The position numbers and the translations under genes were made by a program. DNA of 62,987 bases, filler included, from Bigelowiella natans CCMP2755 (Eukaryota; Protista; Cercozoa): assembly GCA_000320545.1 (NCBI GenBank). It is 6 parts of 6 records of this genome, joined end to end, with 100 filler letters (N's around TTAATTAATTAA, not from the genome) between each part and the next. Parts side by side here need not be neighbours in the genome. Positions count along the whole stretch, not along the records: positions 52,034 to 57,459 come from ADNK01003206.1; positions 57,560 to 60,831 come from ADNK01000218.1; positions 60,932 to 62,987 come from ADNK01002857.1; 3 more parts are not named here. One strand, written 5' to 3'. The notes beneath the pieces were generated by a model. That model saw nothing but the letters and a program-made list of their open reading frames with translations, made no database searches and was not told the origin of the DNA. Shown here in pieces: positions 57,171-62,987 of the stretch (its first letter is position 1; every line of letters begins with the position of its first letter).

Positions 57171-57559
57171 GCAACTCAACCCAAAATTAGCTTACAAAAA
57201 TGAACATAAAATTTGCATCCTACATGTACTTTTACATGGTCTCCTGACTTTGCAATGGACACACAATGCAATCACCGCGCACGCATATACACACATAAAG
57301 ATGACTTTCCTCAGGAAACTATTGGACGATTTTAATTTATTTTTATTCGAATTTAACTTATTGTTCTCAATCAAGTTAAAGAGCAGGCACAAAGTCATTA
57401 AAAGTAGACTGATGTCTGAATAACAATAAAACATTAACTAATAAAAAATAGTGAGACTANNNNNNNNNNNNNNNNNNNNNNNNNNNNNNNNNNNNNNNNN
57501 NNNTTAATTAATTAANNNNNNNNNNNNNNNNNNNNNNNNNNNNNNNNNNNNNNNNNNNN

Positions 57560-57760
57560 GCTCAAGGTGTTGTCGCTGCGTGCCACGATACTGCGGCACA
57601 TGTAGTTTAACCACGGACTTCCATAACATCTCGCTCCCCTTGCTACCAGCAAAACCCGAAAGCTCGGATATGCACACAACACCACCAATTATAAATGCGC
57701 GCACGAAGAAGAACATCGTTGAGGACATATACGACAATACAATCAACAACCATATATATT

Positions 57761-57800
<40 letters not shown>

Positions 57801-58412
57801 TATATGCAGGTTGGCGTTCTCGAGAAGCGGTTCAACGGAGTGACAGGTATCTCTACCCGAGGCAGTAGTATTGAGCGAGCGCGCGTTTGCATTCAGCTAA
57901 CTAGATAAGGGAAATGTCATCCAAAAACGTGCGGTGATTTCTGAGATGTGGAAGCTCCCCTTTGCCCTAGTGTAGAAGTTCTTGTCGTCGTTTTGCGGTG
58001 CTGGTGTGTCTCATCGCTACCGCTGAGAGGCGTAACTTTGCGCAGGTGGCTTTGAGCTTCTTGAGCGGGTGGGCTTCGTGAAGAACGTGGAGAAGACACA
58101 CTACATCATGGACCCTGGGAGACTACCAACGTGATAAATTCTCTACCATTGGGAAACATTATCTGCTCAATACACAGCGTGCAGCATAGAGATTACTCTA
58201 AGCATCACTGTCACATCATCGTAGGGGAGGGGGGAGAGGTGGAGATGAGAATGCAATACTGCAATCTTTTGAGCCTTATGTTGTCACTTATTCATTTTAT
58301 CCTTTAAAAGTCTTCCTGGCGTGATAGCGAAGATGCAGTCGAAGCTGGGCTCTTCTGCTCCTGCATCGAAGATAAACGGTGCTGCTGCCAATAGTAGCAA
58401 TAGTGCTAGTAA

Positions 58413-58445
<33 letters not shown>

Positions 58446-58521
58446 TAGTGGTGATGTTGATGGTGGTAAAGATGGAGCGAAAAGCACCACGACCGCGATA
58501 CACAAGCGAGACATTAACTGA
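57560..58521 (+). CDS. 3' exons of an unknown gene
   Basis: Acceptor/donor-bounded short exons (VGVLEKRFNG..., GFELLER) and a terminal exon LPGVIAKMQSKLGSSAP...HKRDIN*. Confidence 0.35.
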
Positions 58522-58829
58522 ACATGCGTTACGTTATGTCATGTGTTACGTAATGTCAGTTTGTTTCATCATTAAAATATGGCATCAGAGCGAATTTCAT
58601 CTTCCAAATGTGCCTGCTGCCAGCGATCGAATCGAATCTCTGTGCATGCCATTGCTGCTAACTTAAACAACACATTTGCTGGCAAAAAGCGATTGGATCT
58701 CCATCTTGAGGTCGGGCTAGAAGATCAAGTAGTTGCGGTAGCACTGTGCCGCAACGATTGATGCCATCAACTCAAATGGCTCCAATTTCTGCTGCTGCCG
58801 CTGCTACTACTGCCACTGCAACTAGTAGA

Positions 58830-59348
58830 GGCGACTCGCTGCAAATCTTGAAGAGCGACTTGTTGCTTGGCATGAATTGCAAAATTGCAGAAATGAGATG
58901 CATTTTTCGTTGAATTGCGTGCAAGAGTGGTCAGGCATTCCCATCCCACGATGTGTAGATGCGTGCTAGTGCGCACGAGCTGGAACACGACACGGTCAGT
59001 GGAATGAACCGGTGACAACCAATTCTTTCAAGCGTGCGCGCACGTCTAGACGTGTGTGGGTGTGTGGGTGTTGTGGTTCAGGTCGGCAAGTTGGCAACCT
59101 CTTGTTCATTCGAACTTCCATGTCACATGACATCACACCAACAATCAATCTCATCACTTTGCACCTCAAGGTTTCATCACCAGCAAGGCAAACCTCCTCG
59201 TGTCACAAGAAAGGACGTCCCCAATGCCAATCAGCGACGAGCTCGCACTCCAAACGCCCACACAAGGATGGATCCTCATGATTCCATCGGCTCCTGGTTC
59301 TAGAACAATGGGGATGTCAGAGAGATTCCAATCTCTTCACCCCCCCCC
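58830..59348. other. TpA-depleted intergenic island (CTAG spared)
   Basis: Hand count: 4 TA in ~520 bp (3 CTAG, 1 GTAG). Confidence 0.9.
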
Positions 59349-59411
59349 TACCCCCCTTCCCGCTTTCCGAGCTAACTTCTCTTTGGTAGACCTCTGATCC
59401 CCGGATGGGCA

Positions 59412-60302
59412 ATGGGAAGAAAGAAAGAAAGCGATTTCATTGAAACACTGGTGACGCTGTGGGCTTCCCTCCAGTATTCGGTGACCGCAGTGGATTTATA
59501 AGGTGCGACAACGAAATAAGCTGTTCTTATCTTATTATTACGCAACAGATCGGAATGGAGGGAAGCCCTTCTCCCTCGTGACGACGAGGATGGTGGCATC
59601 CAAGAGCCCGGGTCTTGGGCACGGGTGCCTACGACCCGTGCTTCTTCTCCTCACTGCCAGCTTCGTCTGGTATCTCTCCCCTGGAGAGCACTTGTGCCAT
59701 TCCAGAACCCGTCGAGGAGGGCGGAGAACCAAGGCACGGGTATGCGTGCACCTGCTGAGTTGCGTGCGTTTGCGGGGGAAATCCATCGCCTAACGTTCTT
59801 GTCCTATCTGCGTGACTGCAGAAGATGAGGCTGGCAAACGCTACAGATTCTTCCCAAACAGAAAACAAAGCGTTGATGGGTGACGTAGCAGCTGAGATTC
59901 GAAAGGCCAGGTATCTAACTCCAGGAGAACACACACTTGCTAAGAGACTGTGCTTGTTTTCGTGAACGGCGTCTATTTTGGGGCATCTACTGGTATGGCA
60001 GTGGTTTAACATATGCCGCACGAAATAGGAATAGGGCTGATATATTCAGAGCCATTGCGAAGAAGGAAGGTGCGGCTTGTTCGTTTGAGTCTGTGTTTAT
60101 TACATGCGCGCGTTTATGAGCTCACGACTTTGCCAGGGGTTATCCCGTACGCTTGGGCGTTGAGATGTATTCATAAGGTAAGATTCGCTCACAACCCCGA
60201 CGCCACTGCTTGATTCACTCCACTTCGCCGTGCTTCCCCACAACAGTTAGCAAAGATGCCTCCCGATTGCATTAGAAACGAATCTTTGTTGTAAGTTCTA
60301 AT

Positions 60303-60361
<59 letters not shown>

Positions 60362-60566
60362 CATATAGCGTTGAGGGAAAGAATAGAGGGTTATTCATAC
60401 TCCTGGACGACTAAGAGAGGGCTTTGCTGTTCACTATCTATCATCAGCAAATTCGAACAGATCGGAGCCCAAAAGCTCCTTGACAGGGTCCCCGACAAGG
60501 TCATTAGAAAGAAGATTCTTAATGAGTTGTAATCTCATGACAATGTTGTATTTCTGCGTGTTTTGT

Positions 60567-60597
<31 letters not shown>

Positions 60598-60680
60598 GTG
60601 ATTCGTTTGTTTGCGTGTCTGCCCCACAGGTCCATTCTCTAAGCAGATCAGAGCTATCGATCATCATAGGCGACATCCTT
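59412..60680 (+). CDS. Partial multi-exon hypothetical gene or pseudogene
   Basis: Exon-like units KMRLANATDSSQTENKALMGDVAAEIRKA|, AIAKKE|, GVIPYAWALRCIHK|gtaag. The 5' phases do not reconcile. Confidence 0.3.
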
Positions 60681-60703
60681 TGTACGGCTACTCTTGCCTG
60701 TCT

Positions 60704-60741
<38 letters not shown>

Positions 60742-60983
60742 CCCCCCCTTTCTGAAACCCCCTGGTCTCTTCTTAAATCTACAACTGTATTCGTACACAT
60801 TCAGGCCCTGATACCGAAACTAATATGCAAANNNNNNNNNNNNNNNNNNNNNNNNNNNNNNNNNNNNNNNNNNNNTTAATTAATTAANNNNNNNNNNNNN
60901 NNNNNNNNNNNNNNNNNNNNNNNNNNNNNNNCGCACACACACACACACACTCACACACTCACACACAGACACACAGACACATG

Positions 60984-62720
<1,737 letters not shown>

Positions 62721-62987
62721 TAGGGAAGGGTGGGGGGGGGGAGGGGGGGAGTGTGTGAGTGTGTTTAAATGAGGGTGCAGTGTTGGAGCGTGTTATATAA
62801 GTTATTGAGGAGGGGCTGAAAACAGACCTTAATGGCTGCTTTATGATAAAACAACTTCAACGAAAAAATCTATCATTGGGTCTCGTCCCACCACCCGCCC
62901 TCCCCCCCCCCATTACAAATGGGAGCATGCCGCAAAAAACGCGTGTGCCCGTGAGCTGTGTTTTTTTGGGGGGGGGGGGGGGGGGGG

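Overview
Intron-rich, microsatellite-laden nuclear DNA of a flagellated unicellular eukaryote (protist; lineage not determinable from sequence alone). Introns are short and mostly GT-AG, and nearly every one carries an SSR. Five identical 100-bp spacers (44 N + TTAATTAATTAA + 44 N) split the window into six contigs whose adjacency is doubtful. The supplied ORF track is mostly SSR noise, so genes were rebuilt by hand from phase-consistent exons. They are: a protein with a DUF3793-like C-terminus, OFD1, NOC2, an intronless nucleotide-sugar transporter, a USP30/UBP27-like deubiquitinase, an apparently complete Cys-less (Pro-loop) pentameric ligand-gated ion channel, a cNMP-binding + RGS-like fusion, an ankyrin-repeat protein, an E/K-rich single-alpha-helix protein with two copies of a short C-terminal motif, and several unknowns. 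The most striking non-gene signal is a set of intergenic islands almost devoid of TpA, where survivors are mostly in CTAG, while TG/CA is abundant and CpG is retained. This looks like a targeted TpA->TpG/CpA hypermutation process acting on repeats or pseudogenes, opposite in direction to fungal RIP. The mechanism is inferred, not demonstrated.
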